DNA from: Naegleria gruberi
Lineage: Eukaryota
Length of the DNA stretch: 64,000 nt
Assembly (NCBI GenBank): GCA_000004985.1
Contig: GG738893.1
Direction: 5' to 3' (one strand)
The position numbers and the translations under genes are program-made. Below are positions 44,198 to 56,456 of this stretch, piece by piece. Positions within the stretch are counted from its first letter, which is position 1. Every line of letters starts with the position of its first letter. The notes beneath the pieces are model-generated. The model was not told where the DNA came from, made no database searches, and saw only the letters and a list, made by a program, of their open reading frames with translations.

Positions 44198-47195
44198 ATG
44201 GAGGTCAAACAGAGGACGCTCCTTGTCTCGGGTGATAATGACTTTGGTTTGTTATCAATAATTTGAAAATAATACTAAACAATATTCTAAACCTTTCCAA
44301 TAACTAAAACAACATTTTTTATAATAGGACAACTTTGTACGGGAAACAACAAACCCACAAAAAAACTTGTGGAACCAAAACTCCCGCCAGAATTAGTCAT
44401 TCAACAAGTTGCTGTTGGTTATGATCATACGTTGATTTTGACTGGTAAGTTTTATAGTAGTTGTAGATTTTTGGAGGGAAAAAATTGTGTTGCTTGTTGT
44501 TGTGCTTTTTATTGCGGAATTTTTCTTCTTGTTGTATTTTGTGTGCTGTTTTTTATAATGATTTATATCATCATCATGGGATGATTTTTATTTATATATT
44601 TAAATTTAATTATACTGTTTATGTGTAATACAATAATAACATCATCATCATGATAAAACAATAATAATAACAAATTCATCATCTCATCATCATCTTTCAA
44701 TATTACTCTATATTGTAACAACTGTTAATAATACTAAATGTGGTGTATTATTGATTTGATTAAAAATAATAGATACCAATGAATTGTACGTTTGTGGAAG
44801 TAACGCCTATGGTAAACTAGGAATGGGCAAACATCAAGAAGAAATTAACAAATTAACACGAGTCGATTTTTCACATTTGCATCAACGAAGAACAACTTTG
44901 GAAAGTCCATTCACTGGATCACCTATGAAATTTGCTGCGACAGATTTTGATGAAACACAATCAATGCCACAAGCTCTTCATCATTTGACAAATATTGGAT
45001 ATGGAACATTGAGAACGAACAAGAAGAAGGTAGCTTCGGGTAATAATTCGAGCTCTGTTTTTAAAATGTTTCAATCCAATACAAATGCAAATGATGCACT
45101 GGGTGATTTGGCAGATTTTAGAAAGAGAAAGAATATGATGAATGGTACTGGTAATAATGGTGATGAAAATTCTGCAGAAACATTTTCAACGAGTGCTCCT
45201 ATCACGAGTGAAACTTTTTTAACACAAAATGTGGCAGATTCTAATACATTTTCCTCTCCTATTGGATCAAGTGGTTCGGGATCTCCATTTGGAGAAAGTT
45301 TGGAAATTAGAGAATCTGCATTGAATTCAGTTTCTCCCCAACAGAATAATTCTACAGGAAGTAATACAGTCAATCAAGTACCATTTGATGCTTCTCTCTA
45401 TGATTCAAGCCATTCAAAGCGAAGGGGACATACAAAATCATCTAGTATTGCAACATCTCCACTCGAATCTGAATCTACATCCTCCACACAAAGCCGATCG
45501 AATTTTGTAAAGGAATTGGTTTCAAATGATGGAGATTTTAGATTGAGTGTGAGTGGTGAATCCAATCAAGCAGTTCATATTCATCAACAACAACATCAAC
45601 AACAGGATAGTGATGATATCAACATTGTAACAACTTCTCCATCTCCAATTTCAGCTTCAGTAGGTGGAACTCCCTCTGCATTATTATCACCAAACTCTGA
45701 TCAATCTGCAACTGGATCACGTCGATACAGTGATGCACACCCACCAACCCATGTTCGATACGATTCTGCTTCGCTTCCAACTATTAATACAGCTACTGTC
45801 AAGGCCACTAAACATAATACTAGAGATATGGGAAGTTTTGACTTTGATAATGTTGTCTTTTCAGTGGGCAGTGATCCAGGTATGACACCAATTAGTGAAG
45901 AAGATGCAAACATGACATCTAGCACTGATGAGGATAAGGAAAAGAAGAGAAATAGTGGAGGATTGAAACCATTTGGATCTCTTTTAATTAGACAAAGAAA
46001 GTCTTCAAATGCCACAGTGAAAGAAGTTCCAAAATTGAAAACTGACAATTCAGATTCCCGTGCCCAGTTGGATTTCTTACGAGATGTACATCTACAAACA
46101 ACTCCAAACACTGCAAGAAATTCAGGAAATGGTCAAATTCCACCATTTGAAATTAAGAGTATTTTCTGTGGAAGAAATAATAGTTTCATTCTAACAAAGG
46201 ACGATGAAATTTATTGGTGTGGTGAACGTTCATCATGCTATTTTAAGAGATTGCAAGATGAAGAATTGGAAGGAAAGAAGATTAAATTATTTTCGACATC
46301 ACCTTTCGCAGATCATTTCCTCATTGTTACTTCACAACAGGAGGTTTTAGTGAGTGGTAATAATAGTAATGGTCAATTGGGAGATGGAACAACATTGGAT
46401 TGTTATGGATTTTTGAAAAAGATTCAATTTGATTTTGGTGAAGATTATACGGATGAAGAAAAGAAATATGTTGATTTCAAATTTGGTGCTTGTGGTAGAG
46501 CACATACCTGTCTTGTTGCTACATTGAATGGAGGCATTGATGTTTTCTACAGTACAGGAAATAACCAATTTTCACAATTAGGTTATGCTCTACCAGTTGA
46601 GAGAGCATACTTTGAAAATCCACCATCTCTCCCATTCGAAAGAAAGCCAATCAAGGATTTAGCATGTGGAGCCCAACATACAATTGTATTGACAGAGGGA
46701 AATGAAATTTGGGCATGCGGTAAAGGAGATTTAGGTCAATTAGGTAACGGTTCTTATTCACCAAAGAATGTTTTCCAAAAGATTGACCTTCCAACCAATT
46801 ACATTATTAGACGAGTTTTTTGTGGAGGTGGTTATACTGTTTTATTGACCACAGATAATGTAGTGCTCAGATCTGGAGGTAACTATTATGGACAAGCTTT
46901 CTTGGGCAGTACTGAGATGGTTTGCGATTATAAGGAACAGAAAATTGAAAAGATTGGTTCCTCCTACAAGGTCTATTCCATACATCCAACAACTCTCTTC
47001 TGTATCATACAATGTACCAAGACAGTTACTACTGGTAAAAAATCATCTCGAACCGTAGAGACTCCAACACAAGAGAAGGAAAAGAGTTCCACCTTAAAGT
47101 CAGGCATGTTCTCTTCCAAATCTAAACTCAATTTGAAATTAGATCTGTCAGGAGTACAGGATAGTGATAGTTACAGGCCCAACACAACTAGATAA
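44198..47195 (+). CDS. RCC1-repeat protein with a long Ser/Thr-rich insert, 3 exons: 44198..44246, 44328..44444, 44773..47195
   Basis: Exon 1 reads MEVKQRTLLVSGDNDFG and uses a GTTTGT donor. Exon 2 reads ...QLCTGNNKP...VAVGYDHTLILT and ends at a GTAAGT donor at 44445. A 328-bp AT-rich intron follows. Exon 3 begins DTNELYVCGSNAYGKLGMG. More RCC1 blades lie near the C-terminus (WACGKGDLGQLGNG). Confidence 0.55.
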
Positions 47196-47605
47196 ATGTA
47201 TCATATATTTTACATTGTTTATTTTGTCTTGTACTTTTGTACAATATTAAGCAAAGGTTGGATTTTATCTTTCATTCTTTCCAAATAGTTTGGTAATTTG
47301 GAAGAAAACTCTTCTAGTGTGCAATGTCGTGTTTTAGCTGTCAAGAATGTGTTCCTCGTTACAGGTTTAAGGAAAGCGACTGAAGGTAAGGATGTGTGTA
47401 AATTAACCCACTTTTCGTTCATTGTACTGGTGGACTTGCAATTTACTGGAATAATCTTTCTGCCCATCATTATCATTAAGCCAACAGGACATCCTTAATA
47501 GCAACATCTTCGAAAGGAAAATTATATGATTCTCCAAATGATGTATGCTGGTTTATCAATTCGCAAAATCTTTCAACTTCAGATCTATTGAGAGTTAGGC
47601 CATTT

Positions 47606-49928
47606 TCAAAACTGAAGCCCAAATTCATCCTTATTAAAAAGTAAGTGTGCTCTGACAATTCTTAGAATTTGTATTGCTTTTTGTGAAAATCCAAATTGAT
47701 TCATAGTTGTGTCATCCAAAGTACGTACAATAAATGAACTTCCAGTAAACGGATTATTCATATTTGTTGCCTTTTTGATATCTTCTGCACTCAATCCACA
47801 CGTTTTCAAAAGTTGAACCCATTGCATAGATTGTGGTAGAAATGATTTAATTGTATCAGGGTTGAGTTGCTTGGCATAATTGATAAGATTTTGCCTAAAT
47901 TTTTCTGATACATATTCTTCTTTTTCCTTTGGAACTTCTTTTTGAACCACATCGATAATTAATACATCATCATCTTCCATTGCATCCTCAATTTGAGGTT
48001 GTGTTAATACTAACTCCTCTGGATCGTTAATTGGCTCAGCTTCTCTTTGAACTGATTCTTGCTTACTTGGGGAAGCAAGGTTGGTTTGTGATGTACTTGG
48101 ATGGCTCGACATTGGATGAGTGATTGCTGTATTGATTGTATTGTTTGGTGGTGGTATAATTGTTTGGGAATGGCAGTGTCTGTTGTAATTTTCCTACACT
48201 ATTAGTTGAGGAAGGTTGAAAATTGTTTTTCAAATTAACTGTTGTCGAATGTGAATTGCTGGTAACTGGTGATGATGTAATTTGGGTGCCCTTTTGAGGT
48301 GTTGATTTAATGTGGGCAGTCTGATTTCTAATAACTGGGCTAGCAGTACTAGTTGAAATCACATCACTTGGAAGAGTACATTTAACTGATGGAGGTGGTG
48401 GTGTACTGCTATTTGATTTTAATTGAGGTGGTGGAGTTTCTGAGTTCATTGGTAGTGTCATATTATTTGATAGAGTTTTTGGAGTTGATGATGAAATATT
48501 CATTGTTGATTTTTTGATATCTGACTTTCTCATGTACATGTCTTTGTTCAAATAAACCAATTCCAACAACTTCCAAACTTGATCCTCCATACCTTCAATA
48601 GTCACATTATGGAGATCAGATGTCTGTTCAACAATTTGATGATTGCCAACACCTACTGCCAAGTTTTGATTTAAACCTGGTTTGGATTTTGGTTCAAGTT
48701 TAACACAGGAATTTTTGACAATAGTTGCATCAAATTGTGTTTCCTCCTTAATGACACACTTGAAAACCTTGGCAATGATTTTTCTCTCTTCTCTAATGCA
48801 ATCTTCTTCATCACAGTCACTTGCTTCTTGTGGAACTTTCATACATAAGGGAACTACATGCCCATCCTCATTAATCATTCCACGTAGAAACATTTCAGTC
48901 TTCCTCTTTAAAACAGCAACCATATTATTGTGTAATTCCTTTCCATCAATATTAAAATAGGTAATCGTATCATGATTTGTATTGTTGATTAATTTCAAAG
49001 TTATTAATTGATCATTGTCTGGATTTTCCAAACAACAAATGATTTTCTTTGTTAAACCATCATCTTTGATGCAACGAGAAGGTACTGGTGAATGTCCTTC
49101 TGAATTAATAGTACACAAATAGATGGAGAAATTATCGTGGATGATGTTATTGCTACTACTAGTACCAGTACTACTTTGATTATTAATAATATTATTTAAA
49201 TGATTACTATTACTAATGATGCTAGTGTTTGTATTCTTATTATTATTAATATTATTAATATTATGATTAGCCTTTGAAATTGTATTTAAATTAATATTAT
49301 TATGCAAGCCACTAGAAGATGCTGCTGCATTGCCATTATTACTAATATTGGAAGCCTTGCAGCTAGCTTTCTTTTCTCTTACTTGATCAATAACTAATTT
49401 CTTTCCTATGAAGGAATGATCCGAGCTTTCGCTTCCAGAATCAAAGTCTTCATATTTTCTCTTCTTCATTCTAACATCTTCTTCTTCTTCACTTGAGGAT
49501 GACAATAAATCACTGAAATCAAGTTGTGGAGCAATCTTCTTCTCAACCCGTCTGATAAGCTGATTATTATACTTCGGATCAGAATTTGAATATTTTTTAA
49601 TTAATTTTAAATTATTGCTGTTATGATGATTTGATGGATTTGATGAGGAAGGTGTTGAAGTGTTAGTAGGGGTGGTGGGTTGTTTTCTTTTTAAAAGTAG
49701 TGGACGAGTGGTAGGTGTGCTTTGGTTCTTCTTGTTTCTTTGTGGAGTACTAGTTTGGCTTGAAGAAGCTTTCGATGATGAAGGAGTTGTTGCTGTGTTC
49801 ATTGATGAAGAGGATGAAGATGATGATACTGTTCTCTTTGGTGTGCCAGAGGAACCACGTGGTGGTTTTGATAGAAACAAGGATTGGTTCTGAATCACCT
49901 TGTCCTTGTCAGAGCGCAAGAATGGCAT
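47606..49928 (-). CDS. hypothetical Ser/Asn-rich protein; two overlapping ORFs (49928..48063 and 48112..47606) in different frames
   Basis: The first ATG of the upstream ORF is at 49928 (the track start is TTG). The ORFs overlap by 50 nt. The only GT..AG that would join them is a 22-nt pseudo-intron, so this is a frameshift, separate genes, or a sequencing error. Confidence 0.3.
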
Positions 49929-50172
49929 TTTTTTTAGTATGATTGAAAACAAACTTGTTTGTGTCCATCAAATTTTTAAGTACTTGATGGAACCAATCAT
50001 TTTTTATTTTAATAAAAGGCACAAGGGGATACGATAAGCTTAATGAGTCAAAGCTTACAGAGCTCTATCGGACACTACTCGCCACCAATACCAATGGTAT
50101 TAACAGAGTTAAAGTGTATAAATAAAGCTGCGTAAATTTTTTATTTTAATAAAACAAGAGATTGAGTTACAT

Positions 50173-51995
50173 TTATTCGAATGTGTCTTTTGGTACTTTT
50201 TCAATTGTTGTTGATTCCAATTCTTCTTTTGGTTTGTTGATAGTTTTTTTCAAAATTAACGAAACTAAAAACATGAGAATGCTAATGGAAGTCGCAACAT
50301 AAAAAACCAAACGATGGTCAATTGGAAATTTGGACACTGCAACAGAGCTAGCGAATATAGATCCACCAATTATTGGACTAACCATTCTTGAAAGTGAAAC
50401 AAATGATTGAGAAGTTCCGTTCACTTTCCCATAGTTTCTTCTAGAAACACTATTATTGGTGAAAATAAAAGTTCCTAAAAAGGTATAACCCGTTGCAACC
50501 TGTTTAACCAAAAGAATAGATCCAAGAGCGCCCCAGAATAAGATATGTTTCCACATTGGATCAGTATCTGAAACTACCAACCAAATAATTTCAGGAAATA
50601 TGACATTGAAAATTGCTTCAACTATAATACTCCATCTATAACATGTCAATGGACCAAACCTTTGAACTACAAGTGGTGTAATAAACAATTGACTCAAAAA
50701 TAGAATAAATCCCAAAGTTCCACCCAAAACTAAACAATTAATCTACTTTCGAATAGTCTATATACTTACTACCTAACTGATAAGAAGACATGCCTAATCC
50801 TCCTTTGTCTATTGGCATGACTGAAAATAGAGGATAGCATTCGTCAAACATGATTTGTCTCGAACCCAAAAACAAATACAAGAAACAAGTAGCCAATGGA
50901 ACAGGAGAGGACAACATTTCATGTTTTCTGAAATTATTAAAATTTTTCTTGAATTTTTCAAAACGGCTTTCCTTAATAATTGGTTCCTGTTCAGAGTATT
51001 CGAATTCAGTGGTTGGAGAGGACAATAAATTGGTTTTGGAAATGGTAGTGGATGATTTTTGGATGGTCTTTTCAGATTCTTTTGAAATGAACTTTCTGTA
51101 ATACCAACTCGATTGATTAGTTTCTTCCAATTTAAAATAGGCCAAAATGAAAGATAGGAAGGATAAAGTGGAAATGAATAGACTAGGTAAAATATAAGGG
51201 AATTGAATAATAAAGCTTTGTAACCATTCTGGGAATAACATTACAAAACTTGGATATTGTTGGAAAGGCCTTGAAAATAATCCTCCAAGTAATGGACCAA
51301 TGACAGATGCCAAACTAAATGTAATACTTGTAAAAGAAAATGCTCTCGCCTGATTGGTACTATCTGTGATTTCTCCCAAATAACTCTTTACCACTCCTAA
51401 ATTTCTAAGTGAAGTTTAGTTTGATTTCTCTAATTAAACTATTGGAAACCTACCCATTTAATAAACCATAAAAGAATCTACAAATGCATGCCCACCACAA
51501 CCACTTTGAAAATCCAAACATTAAAACACACACTGCTCCAAAAAATGTTCCAAAAAGTAAAACTGGCCTTCTTCCTAAATTATCCGAAATTGTTCCCCAA
51601 AGAAATGAACTAATAAACTGAGATATAAAATAGGAAGCTGCTAATAATCCAACATAATATCCATACTCTCTTGGATTGTCTGTCAAGTTAAAGTCAGCAA
51701 TCATGAACGTGACATATGGAAATAGAGACGTCACGCTCAAACTGTCACACAAATACATGAAAAACACAACTGATAATTTTCCCCATGGTAAAGGTGTTAC
51801 TTTTTCAGGTATTTCTTCAGTTTTCTCTTCATTTTCCAACTGTTTTTCAGTCAATTCTTCCAAATTTCCATTGCTCAGCAAGTGATGATCAATTGGCAAG
51901 GAATTTTCTTCATCAATCTGTTTTGTACTTTTCAATTCAACATCTTCCGATGATGGTTGTGAATTATTCAATTCATCGAAATCCCTTCTGGTCAT
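50173..51995 (-). CDS. major facilitator superfamily transporter, 3 exons: 51995..51454, 51404..50770, 50729..50173
   Basis: MFS motif A reads GTISDNLGRRPVLLFG. There are about 12 hydrophobic helices across the three ORFs. The introns are 51405..51453 (GTAGGT...CTTAG, 49 bp) and 50730..50769 (GTAAGT...TTTAG, 40 bp). Both are phase-consistent. Confidence 0.7.
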
Positions 51996-52323
51996 TGTTG
52001 ATTCTTTTTTTTGATTCTTTTTTGTGTGAATATTGAAACAGGAGAAAGATGCAATTTTAATCCTTCCGCAATTGTTAGTTCCCGGAGTTGAAATTTTCTC
52101 CTGTGAGTTGTTTCAATATTCATTTGTTAATATTTTTATTCATGATTGTAAAATTGAATTTTTTAAGATGATAATTGAAATTATTGCTGTTTTCCTTTTG
52201 AAGAATTAAAAAATGTTAAAAAAAAAGAAAATCAAATTCTCCATGTGAAAATTCCATTAATATATAGTACACTAGAATATGATTTATTCCAATTTTAAAT
52301 AATCTTGATAAAGTTCACTTCCC

Positions 52324-53820
52324 TTAAACATCATAAATACCCACATGATCTGCCAAATTCATTTCTCGAATATATTTTTCACCCTCATCACTTATATTGT
52401 TGTCAACTGTGTTAAGTCTTGTTAATTGCTTCATTCCACATAGGAATTTAACGCCTTCGTCACCAATTTCATTGTAACCAATATCTAGAAAAGTTAATTG
52501 TTCCATTTCACTTATAAATTTGGCTCCCTCATCTCCAACAGCATTGTGATAGATAGAAAGCTGTGCTAGGTGCTTCATTTCACTGATTTGTTTTGCACCT
52601 TTTGCTCCAATATTATTATGAGCACTTATTAGATACGTTAAATTATCCATTTTACAGATATATTGTATACCTATTGGTGTAATATCAATACTAGAAACAT
52701 TAAGTTCAGTTAATTGGTTCATTTCACTTATAGATTGGACTCCGTTATCCCCAATATCATTATCAGAAATGTCAAGCTTAATTAAATTTTTCATTTGGCT
52801 AATGTGCATAGCCTCATACAGTGAAATCAAATTTTTAGCTATAGAAAGATGAGTTAATTGATTGAATGATGAAATGTATTCTACTCCATTCGATCCAATA
52901 CAGCGACTGTTTACATTAAGATCTGTTAATTGTTTCATTTCTCCAAAACACTTAACACCGTCATTAATAGAATTAAAACCAATATTGAGTTTGGTTATAT
53001 TCATCATTTCACTAACATACTTGGCACCGTTCTCGCCTATATTATTAACAGAAATATCAAGATTAGTTAATTGTTTCATTCCACTAATAAATTTAGCTCC
53101 TTCGTCACAAATATTGTTGCCAATAATGTTAAGGACAGTCAACTGTTTCATTTCACTAATAAATTTTGCTCCATCCACAGTAATTTCATTGGCACGGATA
53201 TTAAGAAAAGTCAACTGTTCAAGGCCACTAATATACTTGGCTCCTTCTGGGCCAATATTATTATTAGCAATATGAAGTTGTTTCAATTGCTTCATTTCAC
53301 CAATATACTTGGCTCCTTCTACACCAATATAATTACCCGTAATAAGAAGATAAGTTAGTGATTTCAATGATGGTAAATGTTTAGCAATAGGCAATCTAAA
53401 ATAACAGAAAGTCATATAAAGATCAGTCAATTGTTCCAATGAACATATATACTTGAATCCACTTGGATCAATATTAGAATTATATTCTATATTGAGCTTT
53501 TTCAATTCTTTCATCGAATCCAATATCTCACAATTAAATCCAATTTCCTCATTATTTATCACTCTTAGATTTGCAATATTTTCCAAAAACGGCAATTGAC
53601 CAACCATTTCCCAATCACTACTACGTGTTATCGAGAGGTGTTTACATGAATTTTTAATGACACGAAACCACTGTTTGGAAACCAATGCACACCTCTGTAC
53701 AATAAATTTAAAATCATCATGAAAAGATAAAATTTCAAAGAGCGAATCGTCAGAGAATGGAATATTTTCTACATTTTCTTGCACTTTAGAAGTGATGGAA
53801 TGGCTTGGTTGTGTGATCAT
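52324..53820 (-). CDS. F-box-like N-terminus plus RI-type leucine-rich repeat protein, paralog of 586..1671
   Basis: There are about 15 repeats of MKQLTxLNIxxNNIGxEGAKFISEM. The N-terminus is DDSLFEILSFHDDFKFIVQRCALVSKQWFRVI. Confidence 0.6.
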   Translation of the reverse strand: MITQPSHSITSKVQENVENIPFSDDSLFEILSFHDDFKFIVQRCALVSKQWFRVIKNSCKHLSITRSSDWEMVGQLPFLENIANLRVINNEEIGFNCEILDSMKELKKLNIEYNSNIDPSGFKYICSLEQLTDLYMTFCYFRLPIAKHLPSLKSLTYLLITGNYIGVEGAKYIGEMKQLKQLHIANNNIGPEGAKYISGLEQLTFLNIRANEITVDGAKFISEMKQLTVLNIIGNNICDEGAKFISGMKQLTNLDISVNNIGENGAKYVSEMMNITKLNIGFNSINDGVKCFGEMKQLTDLNVNSRCIGSNGVEYISSFNQLTHLSIAKNLISLYEAMHISQMKNLIKLDISDNDIGDNGVQSISEMNQLTELNVSSIDITPIGIQYICKMDNLTYLISAHNNIGAKGAKQISEMKHLAQLSIYHNAVGDEGAKFISEMEQLTFLDIGYNEIGDEGVKFLCGMKQLTRLNTVDNNISDEGEKYIREMNLADHVGIYDV

Positions 53821-54158
53821 ATTTTTTTTAAATAATTTTATTTTGGGGCTAAAAGTTTCCGGAAACTATTCCGGTCTTAAAAGTAATTCAGAACATATTC
53901 TGCAAGAGAAGGAAGATAGAACTATTGGTTTTGTGATGATTGAAAGAAAACAAGCTTATTTGTGTCCAAAACAATTTTCAAAAGCTGGAAAGTGCACTTA
54001 AACCGAAAAAACAAGTAGAACATTTTCTTCATCAAAAAGAAAGAGCAGTACATTGACTTCCTCTAATTAACCAATAACTATATATTGAAAATATAATACA
54101 AATATTTACATAATTTAAACAGCAACAAATATGATCACATAGAAAAACAAGGCCCTTC

Positions 54159-55111
54159 CTACACAAGCATATTTGCCTTCAACATTTTCATAATTCTAAC
54201 AGTGTGCTCGGAAAGTTCAAACTCTTGCATCCAACAATAACCATAACAAAATTCCCAACCATTGAAAACAATCTTCTTGTAATCATCAGGGAAGAGAAAA
54301 TTACCCTCAACATGAGCATGATCATCATTATCATCATTATGAAATTCATCAAAGCTTAATTCTCTCATCAATTCTTGAGAAGTGAGCATGCAAATTCTAC
54401 TTCTGGAGAGAGTTTTGGCCTTTGCAAGGATTTCTTCTTCAGTAGGAGGTTGCCATACGACTCCGTATCGATGTAGATAAGGTGTTTCGAGTAGAAGGTT
54501 GGCTTCTGGAAGATAGCCTTCCAAGGTATGGTCTAAATCATCATCATCGGAATATAAATTATTATTATTTATATTAATTATTAATAATAATTAATTACTA
54601 ACCTTCTACTTGTTGGACAACAACACCAAGATCAGCCATAGCCACAGCTGGAGCAATATCTTGATCTGAAATTATTCCAAATTATCATCATCAGGAATAT
54701 ATATTTATTTAATTATTATTTAATAATAATAAGTAATATATCAAGTTGTAGAAACTTACCAGCACTTAAATTACCAATAATATCACTTCCGTAATTAAAA
54801 TATGCTTCAACATATTTCAAAGGAGACGTGATGTGTTCTCCGGCGAAGGAAAAGAGAGCAGAAACATCAACAATACGTCTACGAAGATCTCTACCTTCAT
54901 CACGGATGTGAAATTCATATTGTTCATTGTTGTTAGCAACAGAATGAGTAGTAGCTTCAGAAGTTTCAGAAGTGGAAGGAATTGGAAGATTTGGTTCTGG
55001 ACGAGATCGGACTCTACTGGCCAAAACTCTTCTTATCAGCCAATGTTCTCTCTCTTTTCTAGTCAAACGGAAACCTCTTTGTACTTCTTTGCTCACAAAC
55101 CGTCCTGGCAT
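54159..55111 (-). CDS. hypothetical protein, 3 exons: 55111..54760, 54665..54603, 54532..54159
   Basis: Two phase-consistent introns were found: 54666..54759 (GTAAGT...TTCAG) and 54533..54602 (GTTAGT...TTTAG). They join ...GNLSAG-DQDIAPAVAMADLGVVVQQVE-DHTLEGYLPEANLL.... No domain was recognised. Confidence 0.4.
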
Positions 55112-55277
55112 TTTTATATTTATTTAAATTCTGATAAACTTGAGTTTTTCTCTTTCTTTTTTCTGGGTCCAAGGTGATACAAATATTTTTTGACGCCAAA
55201 GAAAAAAGAAAGAGGTAAAAATAAGAAAATTAGCGCGAAAGAGATTAGGTTTGCAATAAACCTGAAAAGGAGCAATA

Positions 55278-56420
55278 TCAGTTTTCACCAGAGTTATTCT
55301 TCGTGTAAAGGTCTGTAAAGAATGATTCTAAATCTTTTGCTGACGGTCTGTTCTGTGGATCAGAATCAACCATTTTTAAAACCATCACACCAAATTCAGT
55401 AATATCCCACTTGATAGTTTTCATTATTAGATGTAAGTTGATATTTTCCTCATCCATAGCATTTTCGAATACTGCAGTGAACACCGTCCTATTTTTCAAA
55501 TATAAAAGTGAAGCTCCAAGGCTGTATATGTCTACTTTTTCATTATAATTGAGCTCTTGGCTAACCTCTGGAGATTTAAACAGAAGAGTTCCCACATTTT
55601 CATTGGCAAGCACAGTTTCGTTTTCTCTCACTTCATAATAATAACCCTTTTCATCCTCTTCAATCTCAAAACTCACACCAAAATCTATTAAAACAAAGCA
55701 TGAAATATTACTTGCGTTATTGAATGATCTTTTCATGATATTGCTTGGTTTTATATCTCTGTGAACTATTTTGTTTGCATGAAGAAAACCCATAGCTATT
55801 GAAATATCACTTGCCAATTTTAAGAGATATGATTCATTGCAATCATCTTCATTAATGGATTGAAGCTTTTCAAATTCAACACTATTGGAATAAATATTAA
55901 GCACTTGTGGAAGGTATAGACAATACTCCTTCCTATTCACTAATCTCATTATTATATTTCTTTCTTCATTATTTACATCCTTAATTACTGAAGTGGTTCG
56001 AACAATGTAGATATCTTCACTATTGTTTACAACTCCAACAACTTGCTTATACTGTTTCATTCTTTTGTGAGGTTTGATTTTTCTGTCTGTTGTAAGTTCA
56101 TCAATTAATCCAACCTGATTTTTAAAGGGTGTCTCTAATGCAGGCCTATATGGCCTCATTTCTGAACCAATATCTTTAGGAACATAGTGTTGAATGAAAT
56201 ATCCAATGTCCAAAAACAATTTCAACATTTGAACTGGACGTGTCGAATATTGGTGCATGTAAATTGAATATTTGGGAACAATTAGCAATTCTTTCTGATA
56301 GTTCACTTCCTCAAAGTTTGCCTCTAAAATGAATAAGTAAACAACTCTTTGAAGATATGAAATTCCCATCACCTTACTGTATTTTGTCATTTCTTCCTTT
56401 TTGAAGGCATATTTTTGCAT
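55278..56420 (-). CDS. protein kinase with a divergent N-lobe
   Basis: The catalytic loop is HRDIKPSN and the DFG motif reads LIDFGVS. An APE-like motif LFKSPE is present. I could not find a canonical GxGxxG/VAIK, so this may be a pseudokinase, or upstream exons may be missing. Confidence 0.55.
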   Translation of the reverse strand: MQKYAFKKEEMTKYSKVMGISYLQRVVYLFILEANFEEVNYQKELLIVPKYSIYMHQYSTRPVQMLKLFLDIGYFIQHYVPKDIGSEMRPYRPALETPFKNQVGLIDELTTDRKIKPHKRMKQYKQVVGVVNNSEDIYIVRTTSVIKDVNNEERNIIMRLVNRKEYCLYLPQVLNIYSNSVEFEKLQSINEDDCNESYLLKLASDISIAMGFLHANKIVHRDIKPSNIMKRSFNNASNISCFVLIDFGVSFEIEEDEKGYYYEVRENETVLANENVGTLLFKSPEVSQELNYNEKVDIYSLGASLLYLKNRTVFTAVFENAMDEENINLHLIMKTIKWDITEFGVMVLKMVDSDPQNRPSAKDLESFFTDLYTKNNSGEN

Positions 56421-56456
56421 GTTTTCTCTAATTTCGTATAAACATAATCTGAATCA

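Noticed and set aside
44369-44584. 71-aa ORF between the RCC1 exons.
   Set aside because: Its 5' part is exon 2 of the RCC1 gene read past the GTAAGT donor into the intron. The remainder is intronic.
48040-48070. A 22-nt GTAAGC...AAAG intron joining the two ORFs of 47606..49952.
   Set aside because: It is too short to be credible. A frameshift or separate genes is more likely.
56421-56456. An 18-bp GTGCGT...TTCAG intron that would fuse the upstream ORF to the kinase.
   Set aside because: It is far shorter than any other intron seen here (40-328 bp). I have left it as an open question under findings.
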